The notes below the pieces were generated by a model that made no database searches, had not been told where the DNA came from, and saw only the letters and a list, made by a program, of their open reading frames with translations. From Leucoraja ocellata (Eukaryota): a stretch of 64,000 bases of DNA. This document shows positions 50,422-63,055 of the stretch, piece after piece. Where the stretch lies: assembly GCA_036785375.1 (NCBI GenBank), contig JAWMAR010001182.1:62001-126000 (forward strand). The letters run 5' to 3'. Every line of letters starts with the position of its first letter. Positions within the stretch are counted from its first letter, which is position 1. Position numbers and translations under genes: made by a program.

Positions 50422-51044
50422 TTTGCCCGTTCACTATGTACTAGCTGAGTTCGAAACTTGAAGAGACAAAACTGGATCGTGTCTGCTGGTCTCCGGATGT
50501 TCGCTGTCACTGCCATGTGCCCCCAGTGATGGAGTCAGAGATATGGGGTGGGCAGCGGGGTATTAGCCAATTGAAATACACGTAGCCGGAATCCAGCTTT
50601 CCCCCCGAGATTATTCGCATCCGCTTGAATAAACCGTGATTGAGGAAGGCATATTTGTTCTTGTAACCGGTGGTGAAGGTGCAAAGCCTGAGATTGTTAA
50701 GCGAAACAATAATAAGGTGCATATTTACAAATGGAATAGATCGGGTAAATTCACAGAGTCTCTTGGCCAGAATAGGTGGATCGAGAAACAGAGAACATAG
50801 ATTCAAAGTGAGTGGGGAGTAGATTTAATAGAGACCTGAAGGGTAACTTTTTCATACAAAGGGGCGGCGCTAGGAGCGAGCTGCCGGAGGTAGTAGTTAA
50901 GGCAGGCACAATCGCAGAGTTTATGAAGAGCGTTGACATATACATGGATAGAACGGATGTTGAGGATATGGACGAAATGCATGCAGGTAGGATTAGTGTA
51001 GATGGAACATGTTGGCTGGTGTGGGCAATTTTGGCCGAAATGTG

Positions 51045-53352
51045 TACAGGGTCTTGGTGAGACCACACCTGGAATATTGTGTACAGTTTTGGTTTTCCTA
51101 ATCTGAGGAAAGAAATTCTTGCACAGAGAAGGTTCACCAGACTGATTCCTGGGATGTCAGGACTTTGATAGAAACATAGAAACATAGAAATTAGGTGCAG
51201 GAGTAGGCCATTCGGCCCTTCGAGCCTGCGCCGCCATTCAATATGATCATGGCTGATCATCCAACTCAGTATCCCGTACCTGCCTTCTCTCCATACCCCC
51301 CTGATCCCTTAGCCACAAGGGCCACATCTAACTCCCTCTTAAATATAGCCAATGAACTGGCCTAACTACCCTCTGTGGCAGAGAGTTCCAGAGATTCACC
51401 ACTCTCTGTGTGAAAAAAGTTCTTCTCATCTCGGTTTTAAAGGATTTCCCCTTTATCCTTAAGCTGTGACCCCTTGTCCTGGACTTCCCTAACATCGGGA
51501 ACAATCTTCCTGCATCTAGCCTGTCCAACCCCTTAAGAATTTTGTAAGTTTCTATAAGATCCCCTCTCAATCTTCTAAATTCTAGAGAGTATAAACCAAG
51601 TCTAACCAGTCTTTCTTCATAAGACAGTCCTGACATCCCAGGAATCAGTCTGGTGAACCGTCTCTGCACTCCCTCTATGGCAATAATGTCCTTCCTCAGA
51701 TTTGGAGACCAAAACTGTACGCAATACTCCAGGTGTGGTCTCACCAAGACCCTGTACAACTGCAGTAGAACCTCTCTGCTCCTATACTCAAATCCTTTTG
51801 CAATGAAAGCTAACATACCATTCGCTTTCTTTACTGCCTGCTGCACCTGCATGCCTACCTTCAATGACTGGTGTACCATGACACCCAGGTCTCGCTGCAT
51901 CTCCCCCTTTCCCAATTGGCCACCATTTAGATTATAGTCTGCTTTCCTGTTTTTGCCACCAAAATGGATAACCTCACATTTATCCACATTATACTGCATC
52001 TGCCAAGCATTTGCCCACTCACCCAGCCTATGCAAGTCACCCTGCAGTCTCCTAGCATCCTCCTCACAGCTAACACTGCCCCCCAGCTTAGTGTCATCCG
52101 CAAACTTGGAGATATTGCCTTCAATTCCCTCATCCAGATCATTAATATATATTGTAAATAGCTGGGGTCCCAGTAATGAGCCTTGGGGTACCCCACTAGT
52201 CACTGCCTGCCATTGTGAAAAGGACCCGTTTACTCCTACTCTTTGCTTCCTGTTTGCCAGCCAGTTCTCTATCCACATCAATACTGAACCCCCAATGCCT
52301 TGTGCTTTAAGTTTGTATACTAATCTCTTATGTGCGACCTTGTCGAAAGCCTTCTGGAAGTCCAGATACACCACATCCACTGGTTCTCCCCTATCCACGC
52401 TACTGGTTACATCCTCGAAAAATTCTATAAGATTCGTCAGACATGATTTACCTTTCGTAAATCCATGCTGACTTTGTCCAATGATTTCACCACTTTCCAA
52501 ATGTGCTGCTATCCCATCTTTAATAACTGACTCTAGCAGTTTCCCCACTACCGATGTTAGACTAACTGGTCTGTAATTCCCCATTTTCTCTCTACCTCCC
52601 TTCTTAAAAAGTGGGGTTACGTTTGCTACCCGCCAATCTTCAGGAACTACTCCAGAATCTAAAGAGTTTTGAAAGATTATTACTAATGCATCCACAATTT
52701 CTGGAGCTACTTCCTTAAGTACTCTGGGATGCAGTCTATCTGGCCCTGGCGATTTATCGGCCATTAATCCATTCAATTTACCCAACACCACTTCCCGGCT
52801 AACCTGGATTTCACTCAATTCCTCCAACTGCTTTGACCCGCGGTCCCCTGCTATTTCCGGCAAATTATTTATGTCATCCTTAGTGAAGACGGAACCAAAG
52901 TAGTTATTCAATTGGTCCGCCATATCCTTGATATGAAGAAAGACTGGATAGACTCGACTTGTACGCGCTAGAATTTAGAAGATTGAGGGGGGATCTTCTA
53001 GAAACTTACAAAATTCTTAAGGGGTTGGACAGATTAGATGCAGGAAACTTATTCCCGATGTTGGGGAAGTCCAGAACAAGGGGTCACAGTTTAAGGATAA
53101 GGGGGAAATCTTTTAGGACCGAGATGAGGAAAACATTTTTCACACAGAGAGTGGTGAATCTCTGGAATTCTCTGCCACAGAAGGCAGTTGAGGCCAGTTC
53201 ATTGGCTATATTCAAGAGGGAGTTAGAGGTGGCAGGTACAGGATACTGAGTTGGATGATCAGCCATGATCATATTGAATGGCGGTGCAGGCTCGAAGGGC
53301 CGAATAGCCTACTTCTGCACCTATTTTTATGTTTCTATGTTTCTATGTTTCT
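51045..53352 (+). mobile_element. CR1 family A 3' fragment (51045-51170 + 52931-53352) hosting an antisense CR1; absent from the paralogous site at ~36128
   Basis: GGACTTTGATA|TGAAGAAAGACTGG is collinear across the insertion; (TTCTATGT)n tail. Confidence 0.85.
51171..52930 (-). mobile_element. Young CR1 family A insertion with a 531-aa RT ORF (52923-51328)
   Basis: Full RT motif set with KFADD; late frameshift (RVVRPV); (TTCTATGT)n tail; TTGATA at both junctions. Confidence 0.95.
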
Positions 53353-53536
53353 AAGGGTGTGTTTCCACGCAGTAAGACTCTATGATGCCACGATTCTAAA
53401 AAGAAACACCACAGTATTAACGTCATCCGTCCAAAGGCTACGCGCAGATGTGCAGTCGCTTCGGGCGTTTGGAGAAAATGGGAATTATTACGATGTTTTG
53501 ATGTATACATTGAGAAATGCACGTGATTTCTATACG

Positions 53537-54335
53537 AGTCAAGTCAAGTCAAGTCAAGTTTATTCGTCACATACACGTACGAGATGTGAGTGAAATGAAA
53601 AGTGCTGCGGCGTGTGATGTCCATGTCATATCCTCAGAGATGTGGACTCCCAGATATTTAAAAGAGTTCACTCTATCCACAGTATCCCCATTTATGCTCA
53701 ATGGTGTGTACGTCCTCGGATGATGTGCCCTCCTAAAGTCCATGATCAGCTACTTAGTTTTTTGATGTTCATTCGGAGGCTGTTGTCCTGACCCCAGAGT
53801 GCTAGATCAGCCACCTCCTCTCGGTCGGCCTTCTCATCGTTGTCTGAGATCCGGCCCACTACCACAGTGTCATCAGCAAACTTGATTATTGATTTGGAGC
53901 TGAACCTAGCCACACAGTCATGTGTGTACAGGGAGTACAATAGGGGGCTGAGGACGCAACCCTGGGGCGATCCTGTGCTCAGGGTGAGGGACTTCGATGT
54001 ATTTCCTCCCATCTTGACTACCTGGGGCCTGGCGGTGAGAAAGTACAGGGCCCAGGCACGCAGTGGGGTGGTGAGCCCCAATTCTATTAGCTTCCCGGCC
54101 AGTCTGTTGGGGACTATCGTGTTGAAGGCTGAACTGAAGTCTATGAACAGCATCCTCACGTAACCTCCCTTCTGGCTGTCAAGATGAGAGAGGGCGGTGT
54201 GCAAAACCTGGGAGACCGCATCGTCCGTGGATCTGTTCGGACGGTATGCGAACTGTAATGGGTCCATGTTGCGAGGGAGGAAGGCGCAGATGTGTTTCTT
54301 CACCAGCTTCTCGAAACATTTCCTGACTACCGAGG
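53537..54335 (-). mobile_element. Rex1/Babar-like LINE RT fragment with (TTGAC)n tail, specific to cassette 3
   Basis: ORF 53746-54303 [44 protein letters not shown]; empty site at ~36315. Confidence 0.85.
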
Positions 54336-55676
54336 TAAATAAGTAAATACGTGAAGTAAATTACAAGCAAAGCCAGAAGGATGTGCAAGGAGCCATTTTC
54401 AATCAATGTTTTCAGTTCCACTCCCCCACATCTGCCATGTTTTGGCATATGAAATTAATTCCTGAGGACCTCATCCCACCGAGTCCACGCCGACCATCGA
54501 TGACCCGATCACTATCGTTCCGTGTCATTCCACCTTTCCATCTATTCCTTACACACTTGGTGCATGTTTACAGAGGCCAATTAACCTAAAAAAACACACG
54601 TATTGGGGATACGGGAGGAAATCAGAGCACCTGGACGATACCTACACGGTCACAGCGAGACGGGGAAATTCCACTCAATACATTACTCGAGTACAGGATT
54701 GATCCCGGGTGTCTGAAGCTTTGAGGCAGCAGCAGCTGCGCCACTGTGCCAACAAAACGTGTGATTTGTTTTTAAAAGCGTGCAGCTGGGTGATTGTTGA
54801 AATTTAACCACAGTTAGCCGGCAAAATAGGTTTGTAATTTCCATGAGTTGCAGCAGTGTATCGAGTGGCCTAGTGATCTGCATTCTGCGCACCGACCGCT
54901 GATGCCTGGATTCGGTTCGTGGTCAGGCAGTATGGCGGCATTTTTCTGTCTCCAGCGGAAACATTATTAGACCGCGCATCGTTCACTCTGTGTAGTTTCA
55001 GCGTCGCCTAAACCACGTGAACAGTCAGCAGCTCACAAACATTTAAAATAATATACTTATGCAAAATACATAAACATTATTGCTACCAACGGCTAACATT
55101 GCCATAACCCCGACTGGTTCATGCGGCCAGGGGTCTCAGATTCAAATTAATATTGAGATTCACATTCAAAATATATCTCCAAAATCGAAGAAAATATATG
55201 CCAACAATGGCCCATAAATAATATTTTCGAATATGCTAACTATACAACGTGTTGTCCATCATGGAAACAAACCAGTGGACATTGGACGATAATTGAAATG
55301 CACTCTCGCTCACCTGCTCGCGGAGTGGCTTGGATATCAGGGCAGTTGGGGAGGAGCAGCCATAAAGTGTGAAATCGCAACATTTGACTGGGTCTTTACA
55401 TGGAAACAGTTCCGCCTTCACTGACCTCGACTATGGGAAAAACAACTGGGATTATTGTAAATTGTGGGAACAGTCATAGTGCGTCAATTCTTTGGATTTC
55501 GAAATATATAGTTTATTCGAGAAATAAATATGTACAATACATGATCCTTACAAAACCCCCATCCGACATTCTCGGAGGCTAAACATACATTCAATACTGT
55601 TTACACAAATTACACAATTTTACCTCCCACCTAAGGGGTCACAAATAACATTAGCAAATGTGCAGATGACACAAAG

Positions 55677-55810
55677 NNNNNNNNNNNNNNNNNNNNNNNN
55701 NNNNNNNNNNNNNNNNNNNNNNNNNNNNNNNNNNNNNNNNNNNNNNNNNNNNNNNNNNNNNNNNNNNNNNNNNNNNNNNNNNNNNNNNNNNNNNNNNNNN
55801 NNNNNNNNNN
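55677..55810. other. Assembly gap at the orientation switch of the cassette array
   Basis: Run of N. Confidence 1.
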
Positions 55811-58800
55811 GGTCGGTAGATGCAGCTCACGCTTCGGTCGATCGAGCTCGAGGCTTTCCAGGCGAGTAACCAAAACATCTGGCGACCTCATGGAAACCTT
55901 GGGTTGCGGGCAAGGTCACCAGAGTTTTCCGTTCAAGTTTCCTAAGTGGGACAGAGGCATTACACTGTCGGAGACCCGGGTTAGAACCTGAGTACCGTGT
56001 TGTCAGTATCGATGTTGCAAGTTCTGACGATTGGACAAGATGGCGGCGCCTCGCGGCATCGGCCTCTGCTGTACGTCTGTCTTTTCCTTCTTCTTGTCTC
56101 GTTTGGTGTTTGTTTTGGTTTCGTTTTATATACTTTTTAGCTGTGTATATGTGTGTGGGGGGGGGGGGGGGGGCGTGGGGGGGGGGGGGGGCGTGGGGGG
56201 GGGGGGGCTTTTAAATCTCTTCCCTGTACGAATATTCGACCTTTTCCCTGTCAAGTCTCCGTTGTCGTTGGGGCCCAACATTGTGCAGCCGGCGGCCTCC
56301 AACCGGAATCGACCTGGGTCTCGAGTCGCGGAGCCTGCGGACTGGGACTTCGGAGCTTCGGAGTCTCCGTCTGCAGGCTCTGTGGACGGTAACAGCGGGA
56401 GCTCGCAGGTCCCTGGTAGGAGAACTATTTTCGGAGCTCCCGCAACGGTAACTTCTCCCGACCGAATCGAGAGGATTAAATCGACCCGTAGCAGGTCCTT
56501 ATATCGCCCGGCGCGGTTTCAACGGACGTTGGACTCACCGTCAACCGCTGAGGGCTCTAACATAAAAAGCCTCGATCAGCTCGATGCAGCAGTTTGACTG
56601 CTTGACTGTGGGAGAAGAATAAAGAACCTAGAACAGCGAAGTGAAAATACGTTTGCCTTCCATCACAGTGAGGGGGTGTTTGGAGAATCACTGTGATGGA
56701 TGTTTGGGTGGAATTGTGTTAATTTAGTGTATTGTTTTTTTTTTATTGTTGGTATGACTGCAGGACCTTAATTTCGTTTGAGCCTGTGTTTCAATGAAAA
56801 TAAACGGCATGCTGATTCTGACTCTGATTCCGATGACTGCCTGGTTTTCTACGGCTGCTCCGGTTTCCTCCCAGACTCGAAATACGTACATAAATATAGT
56901 TTATTTTTAATGTCTGTAAATTGTAACTATTCTCCAGCTTGTAGTAGAGTGCTGCTGTCTGGGGTGATCGTTGGTAAGCGCTGATTGTGTGGGACGAAGG
57001 GCCTGTGGCCACAGCGGATCTCTGATTTCTTGAGCCTATGTTCCTTGGGCGCAGGAGGCGGAGTGTACGAGATCATTAGCGGATCGGACAACGTGAATCA
57101 CGCGAGAATCACAGTGGGAAACTTTGATTCTGCTGTGTGGGGATATTTTATGTTGGACTCTATCGTGTGTTGTGTTCTTTATTTTATTGTATGGTTGTAT
57201 GGTGACCACACATTTCACTGTAGCAACTGGTACATGTGACAAATAAATGCATCTCGTATCGTGTCCTTTGCCCAGAGTTGGAGAATCAGGAACCAGAGGA
57301 ATTAGGTTAAAGGTGAGAGGGGAAATATTTAACAGGAACGGGAGGGAAACTTTTGCACTTGAGAAGGTGATGGGTATCACCTGGGGTCATTGTACATCAC
57401 TCACTGAAAGTAAGCATTCAGGTACAGCAGGCAGTGAAGATAGCTAATTGCACGTTGAGCTTCATAACAAGCGCAGTTGAGTATAGGAGCAAAGAGGTCC
57501 TTCTGCAGTTGTACAGGGCCCTAGTGAGACAACACCAGGAGTAATGTGTGCAGTTTTGGTCTCCAGATTTGACGAACGGCATTCTTGCTATTGAAGGAGT
57601 GCACCGTGGGTTGGGAGTGCACCCTGGGTTCACCAGGTTAATTCCCGGGATGGCGGGACTATCATATCTGGATACAATGGAGCGGCGGGGCTTGTATACA
57701 ATGGAATTTAGTAGGATGAGAGGGGATCTTTTTGAAACATAAAATATTATTAAGGGATTGGACACGTCGGAGGCAGGAACCATGTCCCCGATGTTGAGAG
57801 AGTCAAGACCTAGGGACCGCAGTTTAAGAATAGGTTGTAGGTTATTTAGCAAGCGGGAGATCATGCTGTTCTAGGCGAATTGAGCGGAGATGTTCAACGA
57901 AACGATCCTGCACGTTGCCGAGGATCGTGCCTGTTAATTTACTTGCCACAGTCGAGCCCCCTAGCTTAAAAAGTAACACATGTGTTTGTGCAATAAATTA
58001 GTTTATGGGTCTGGAAGCGGAGAGAGAAGGTCCTGTGATAGGACACAGATGGAAATTAGCTGATTAGCTTATTTTCAATAGACAATAGGTGCAGGAGTAG
58101 GCCATTCGGCCCTCCTAGCCAACACAGTCATTCAATGTGATCATCCCCAATCACTACCCCGTTCCTGCCTTCTCCTTATATCCCCTGACTCCGCTATCTT
58201 TAAGAGCCCTCTCTAGCTCGCTCTTGACATTATCCAGAGAACCGGTCTCCACCACCGTCTGAGGCAGAGAATACCACAGACTCATTACTCTCTGTGTGAA
58301 AATTTGTTGCCGCATCTCCATCTAAATGGCTTACCCCTTATTCTTAAACAGTGGCCCTGGTTCTGGACTCCCCCAACATCGGGAACATGTTTCCTGCCTC
58401 GAGCGTGTCCAAACCCTCAATGACATTATATGTTTCAATAAAATGCCCTCTCATCCTTCTAATTTCCAGTATATACAAACCCAGTCGCTCCATTATTTCA
58501 ACATATGTCAGTCCAGCCATACCGGTTAGAACCGCCCGTTGGGAAAATTAAAGTTCTGACAGTCTACCCTATCGACACCTGTCGTAAACTAACTAACGTA
58601 AACTAACTAAACTTGCACGCTGTACAAATTGGTGACCAGCAGCAAAGCCATTAGTGAATGTCTTTGCCAATTCGGAAAGATGGACACATTTACTAAGTAC
58701 AGCGTGTTTTAGAGTCGGAGTTGCTCATTTACCGGAATGGTGGCTGGATTGGCGGTGCAGGGAGAGATTGGTCATATTTGGATTCTTTCCCTCGGGAATG

Positions 58801-60332
58801 TCGGAGATTGCAGGAAGATCTGGTTGAGGTATGTAAAGTTTTGAGAGGGTCGAAAGGGTCGCTCCCCCAACGCACCCGTTCCCTACCCGTGGCCACCACA
58901 GGAGGCGTGGTCCTCCAACTCAAGCCGTTCCTGAACGTAAGTGAAGCTGATCACTGCTGGCCGAGCCATCGTGACGTCATCAGTTGAAGCTAGTAGTTTT
59001 ATATTCAATCTTTTGATTTTTATTAAAACTTTAATCAGTAATGTCGAGAAATAAAGCATAAAATGGTCAGCGAAGGTGCTCGCTGCTGGTTGGAGGAGAT
59101 AAGTGTGGATCAGGATATGTAAAAATCTTATGAAAGTTGGCCTTTTTAATGCTTTAATCGCGAATAACGTTAAATATAGGATGAAATTTTCAGGGAAGCT
59201 GATCACTGCTAGCCGAGCCTTTGCGACGTCATCAGTTGCAGCTGGTCGTTTTAAATTCAAAGTATTTTGATGATTTTAAACTTCTTACTTACTTTGAATC
59301 AGAAATTTGTCAAGAAATAAGGCATAAAATGTCCAGTGAAGGTATGTATTCACGGCCTCGAGGAGATAAACGTCAATCAGAATATGTAAAAATGTAATCG
59401 TTACCGCGTCGGGAGCGGAGGATTTGGGGAGAGAGTACTCAACTCAAATTTGGAGCTATACAAATCTCAGCCGCCATCGGTGGTGAAAATAAATTAATGG
59501 ATTTCTCACATTATCTTGCCCTGCAAGAGGAGATAAATCCGACTCTTGCCCACTCCCTCGAATCTCAAATAGGCAGAGCTCCAGCGCCGGCGCTGCATCA
59601 AAGGAGGTGGGACATTAATGCAAATCGATTTTCAGCATATCTTTACCACACAGGCGAACTTACTCACTTTACCGCCCTCTACTGGACACTCGCTGTTACA
59701 CACTGCTTGCATTAACAAAATAATTTGTAATGCCAACGTATGAATAACACCCACTACCTTTGGCTGCATCTGGTGCAGAGTTACTAATTGTACTGAAAAC
59801 CGAAAGGCTCTGTAAGAAGCAACGTGGCATTACATTCAGTGCGAGAAACAAATATAAAATGGAACTCTCATTAACATAACTGTTGCAGCAAGAATTTTAT
59901 TAAACACATTGGCGCACTGGGCATTTACATACGTAAACATGGAACGTCTCAAATAATTATAGAGTAATGGAGCATGCAATGTTTAGGACCATAACTCTAT
60001 GTCTGTTTTCATTGCGTGTTGGAGAAGTTACCGCTGGATTCAAAGGAAGGTGGAAACAGTTAACGGCGAGGCTCAATTCCTGAATCATTGGAGGTCTGTT
60101 CCAATACAACATAGCACTCGGTTCCACATGGCCGCCCTTCCCACTGGGCTCTTTGAACAATGCGCCCGTGTCGCATGTTAAAAAGATGGCCAAATGTGCA
60201 TTCCAGTGCAGGGGACGCGTTCACATTGTATTTCTAAACTATTTTTTTGAAAATTGAGGCGGACACTTTTCAGAGAACACCCTTCATTACCTAATTTTTT
60301 CACTCACTCACGGAGGGATTAGTATTGTAATG

Positions 60333-63055
60333 TTAATTTACATCTGGTGTTCTCGATTTTATTAAGCTTACAGTTAGGGTGAAGGGGTACATGAGTACCT
60401 GGAGCAGATGCTCTCTGAACCTCCTCTGGGTCACGGTGTAAATGAGCGTGTTTGTGCAGGTGTTCAACAGTTGTAGCAGAATTCCAGTTTGTTCAAATGT
60501 TGGAAATGGGTTCTTCAACCCCCTGGACATAAATGCATTCGTAATTCGATATAAAACGAAATATACCACAGTTGTGCCCCAGAGCAGCAGAAAACTGCTG
60601 GAGATTGCAAGGAGTAAAATTACGGACCGTCTGCGGTTTGCGATTTCGGGGTCCTCACTACTGAGATCGCGGAGTTTCCTGCGGACACGACTGGCCACTA
60701 AAATGCGTCTGACAGTGAGCACGTTCATTAGCATAATCAAGCAAAATGGAATGACTGGGACTAGCAGCTGTTGAGTCCAGGAAAATGCTATCCACGAGGA
60801 TAGGCTATAAAAGTGATATCTTATTAGGCAGCCCCACTGTATACCCTGCTGATCCCTGACATAATAATTGTACGCAAACGGCCAGGGGACGCTCAGTAAA
60901 CAGAATAACGCAGTTAGGGTCACTATAACCACCAGCGCGGTTCTCTCGGTGCAGTATCTGGTTCTCAGATTCTGAGTGGAAATGGCCACAAAGCGATCAA
61001 ATGTGAAAGCGACCGTGAGCCAAACAGAACAGGCAACGGCCGCGGGAGCGAGGAACATAATGGACGTGCACACAGTATTGTGGAAGAGGAATGAGTGCGC
61101 CCAGTAAAGGTCAGCAATCCGTTGTAATATCACTTCGCAGACGATCACCGAGAGGTCCACAGTCGCCATGGCCACCAGGTACCGAGTGGTGCATTTGGAG
61201 AGACCACAATTTCTGCGGGACAGGATCACAATCGCCAGCAGGTTCACTGGAAAAGAGAAAACTGTCGTTACATGTAAGGGAAACACGATGCTCATTTGGA
61301 GGCGGGGGTCAAACTTGGGTACGCTTGGCTTATTTGTTCTAAAAAAACTGGCCCACATACAAACATGGGTGCGTGCTAAGCAGCTGTGCGGATTATGTAG
61401 CAGCGGTCTACGCAGGCAGCGTGAGCTGTCTCCCAGCCACAATTGTTTCACCACAGACTGCATATTGCAGCAACATGTCCGCATCAGACGCCATCGTCCT
61501 GGACCTAAACCCTTCCTGGGAACAGCCGGGCAGCAAGGAGTCGAAAGTCAGATTCCCATTCCCAACACTACTCCCATCCAACCCATTGATAAGCTCCCGA
61601 GCCTAGCGATCAGCACACCAGCTTCTAATGTTCTAATGAACGTACCTTAATCAGTGAGAAGTAGTTATAACACCCCTTCCACAATAATTCTCTACAACGG
61701 TGCCGCATAAAGACGTCTCATCCGGTTCCCGGTTCTTCCTCCCATGCACTCACGACCCCGCGGCCAAATGCGGCTGTGACTGCTCCCACAAGCTCCCAGA
61801 TGATGACAATCTCTATGTCAGTATCAACGAGGCCAAGGAGCAAGTTATCGATATCAGGAAATGCGGTGGATCACCGGTCAGCAACAACGGTGCTGAAGTG
61901 GAAGTGATTGAGGGCGTCAAGTTCCTCGTAGTTAATATTATCAACGGTGTTTGTTGGACGACCACATCGAAGGGACAGCCAGCGGCAGACCAACACCTTT
62001 ACTGAGAAGTCTGAGGAACTTTGACCTGCCTCTGATTACTCAAACTTGCTGTGCAGATTAGCATAGAACGCATACTGTTGGGTGTATCACAGCTTGTTGT
62101 GGGGACATATATGTCCTATAAAGAGTAAATTGCGCAGGGTTCTGGAAGATGCCGTCTCCTTATTACGAAATAGACTCCGCACTGTTGACTGCGTTTGCAC
62201 TTCACAATCCCTTGGAAACGGAGACACGTCTCACCCCGCTCATTCCTTCTACTCCCTGCACCCGTCGGGCAGAAGATACAGAAGGCTTAAAGCTCGCACC
62301 ATCAGACTCCAGAACCGATTCTTTCCCTCTGTTGTCAGGCTTCTGAGCCGCTCTTCCATATGCGAGGGTATTGCCGTTTCACCTCTATCCCCTTGCGGAC
62401 ATTGGGCTTTGTGGATGTGATACGCTGCAGTGCGCTCCCAAACTGGGACTACGCTCTGCACTCCGATTTCCCCTCTTACACTACCTGTTACTGAGATTGA
62501 ATTGTTTGTACTGATATTTAATAGTATTTGATCTAATTTGGATTTCTTGCAAACCAATGCTTTTTGCAGCTCCCGGAAATACATGACAACAATGCACCTA
62601 AACCTGAATCTGAAGAGAATTAACCTGTGCCAGATCCTATGAACGACGAACGATCCAATAGCTTAACAACGGAATAGGTGACGTTTCGGGTCGAGACCCT
62701 TCTTCAGACTGATCAGTCTCGACCGGAAACGTCACCTATTCCTTCGCTTCATAGATGCCGCTTCACCCGCTGTCTAATTCTCCAGCATTTTTGTCTAGCT
62801 TCGATTTCTCCAGCAACTGCAGTAATTTCTTAAACAAACATTTTCTAGTTAATACCGCCCTAACCTGAAGAATGCAGTCTAGCATTCCCGTGTTTCGCAC
62901 ACTATTTACACTTTACCTTTAACAATGTTTTTATCAACACATCATCCCACGACTCAGTCCCACTTACTGCGTTCCCTTCACCTACCGGGTACTCCGATTG
63001 TTGCCAGAATTGGATAATAATAATATTCAACTTCCAAGTGCCGCTTCCAACCCAT
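60333..63055 (-). CDS. GPR139/GPR142-like GPCR copy 4 (inverted); exon1 63055-62986, exon2 61246-60333; 327 aa
   Basis: Exon1 reads MGWKRHLEVEYYYYPILATIGVP+G|GTAGGT; TTTCCAG acceptor; intact 7TM frame. The longer ORF-track N-terminus (from 61484) is intron read-through. Confidence 0.9.
62680..62707 (-). ncRNA. Minimal hammerhead-ribozyme-like motif in GPCR4 intron
   Basis: Reverse complement reads CTGAAGAAGGGTCTCGACCCGAAACGTC, in the sense of the GPCR4 transcript; hairpin 62671-62744. Confidence 0.55.

Larger units (their letters stand above)
23660..55676 (+). repeat. Tandem segmental duplication of the GPCR+V cassette (~23660-39600 vs ~39600-55676; period ~15.9 kb at the GPCR ATGs)
   Basis: Collinear unique sequence and shared repeat insertions. 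A related copy spans ~10000-18870 and an inverted copy 55811-64000. Confidence 0.9.

Noticed and set aside
61247-61484. Long N-terminal extension of the GPCR4 ORF
   Set aside because: Intronic; not open in the other copies; the conserved acceptor and exon1 explain the true start.
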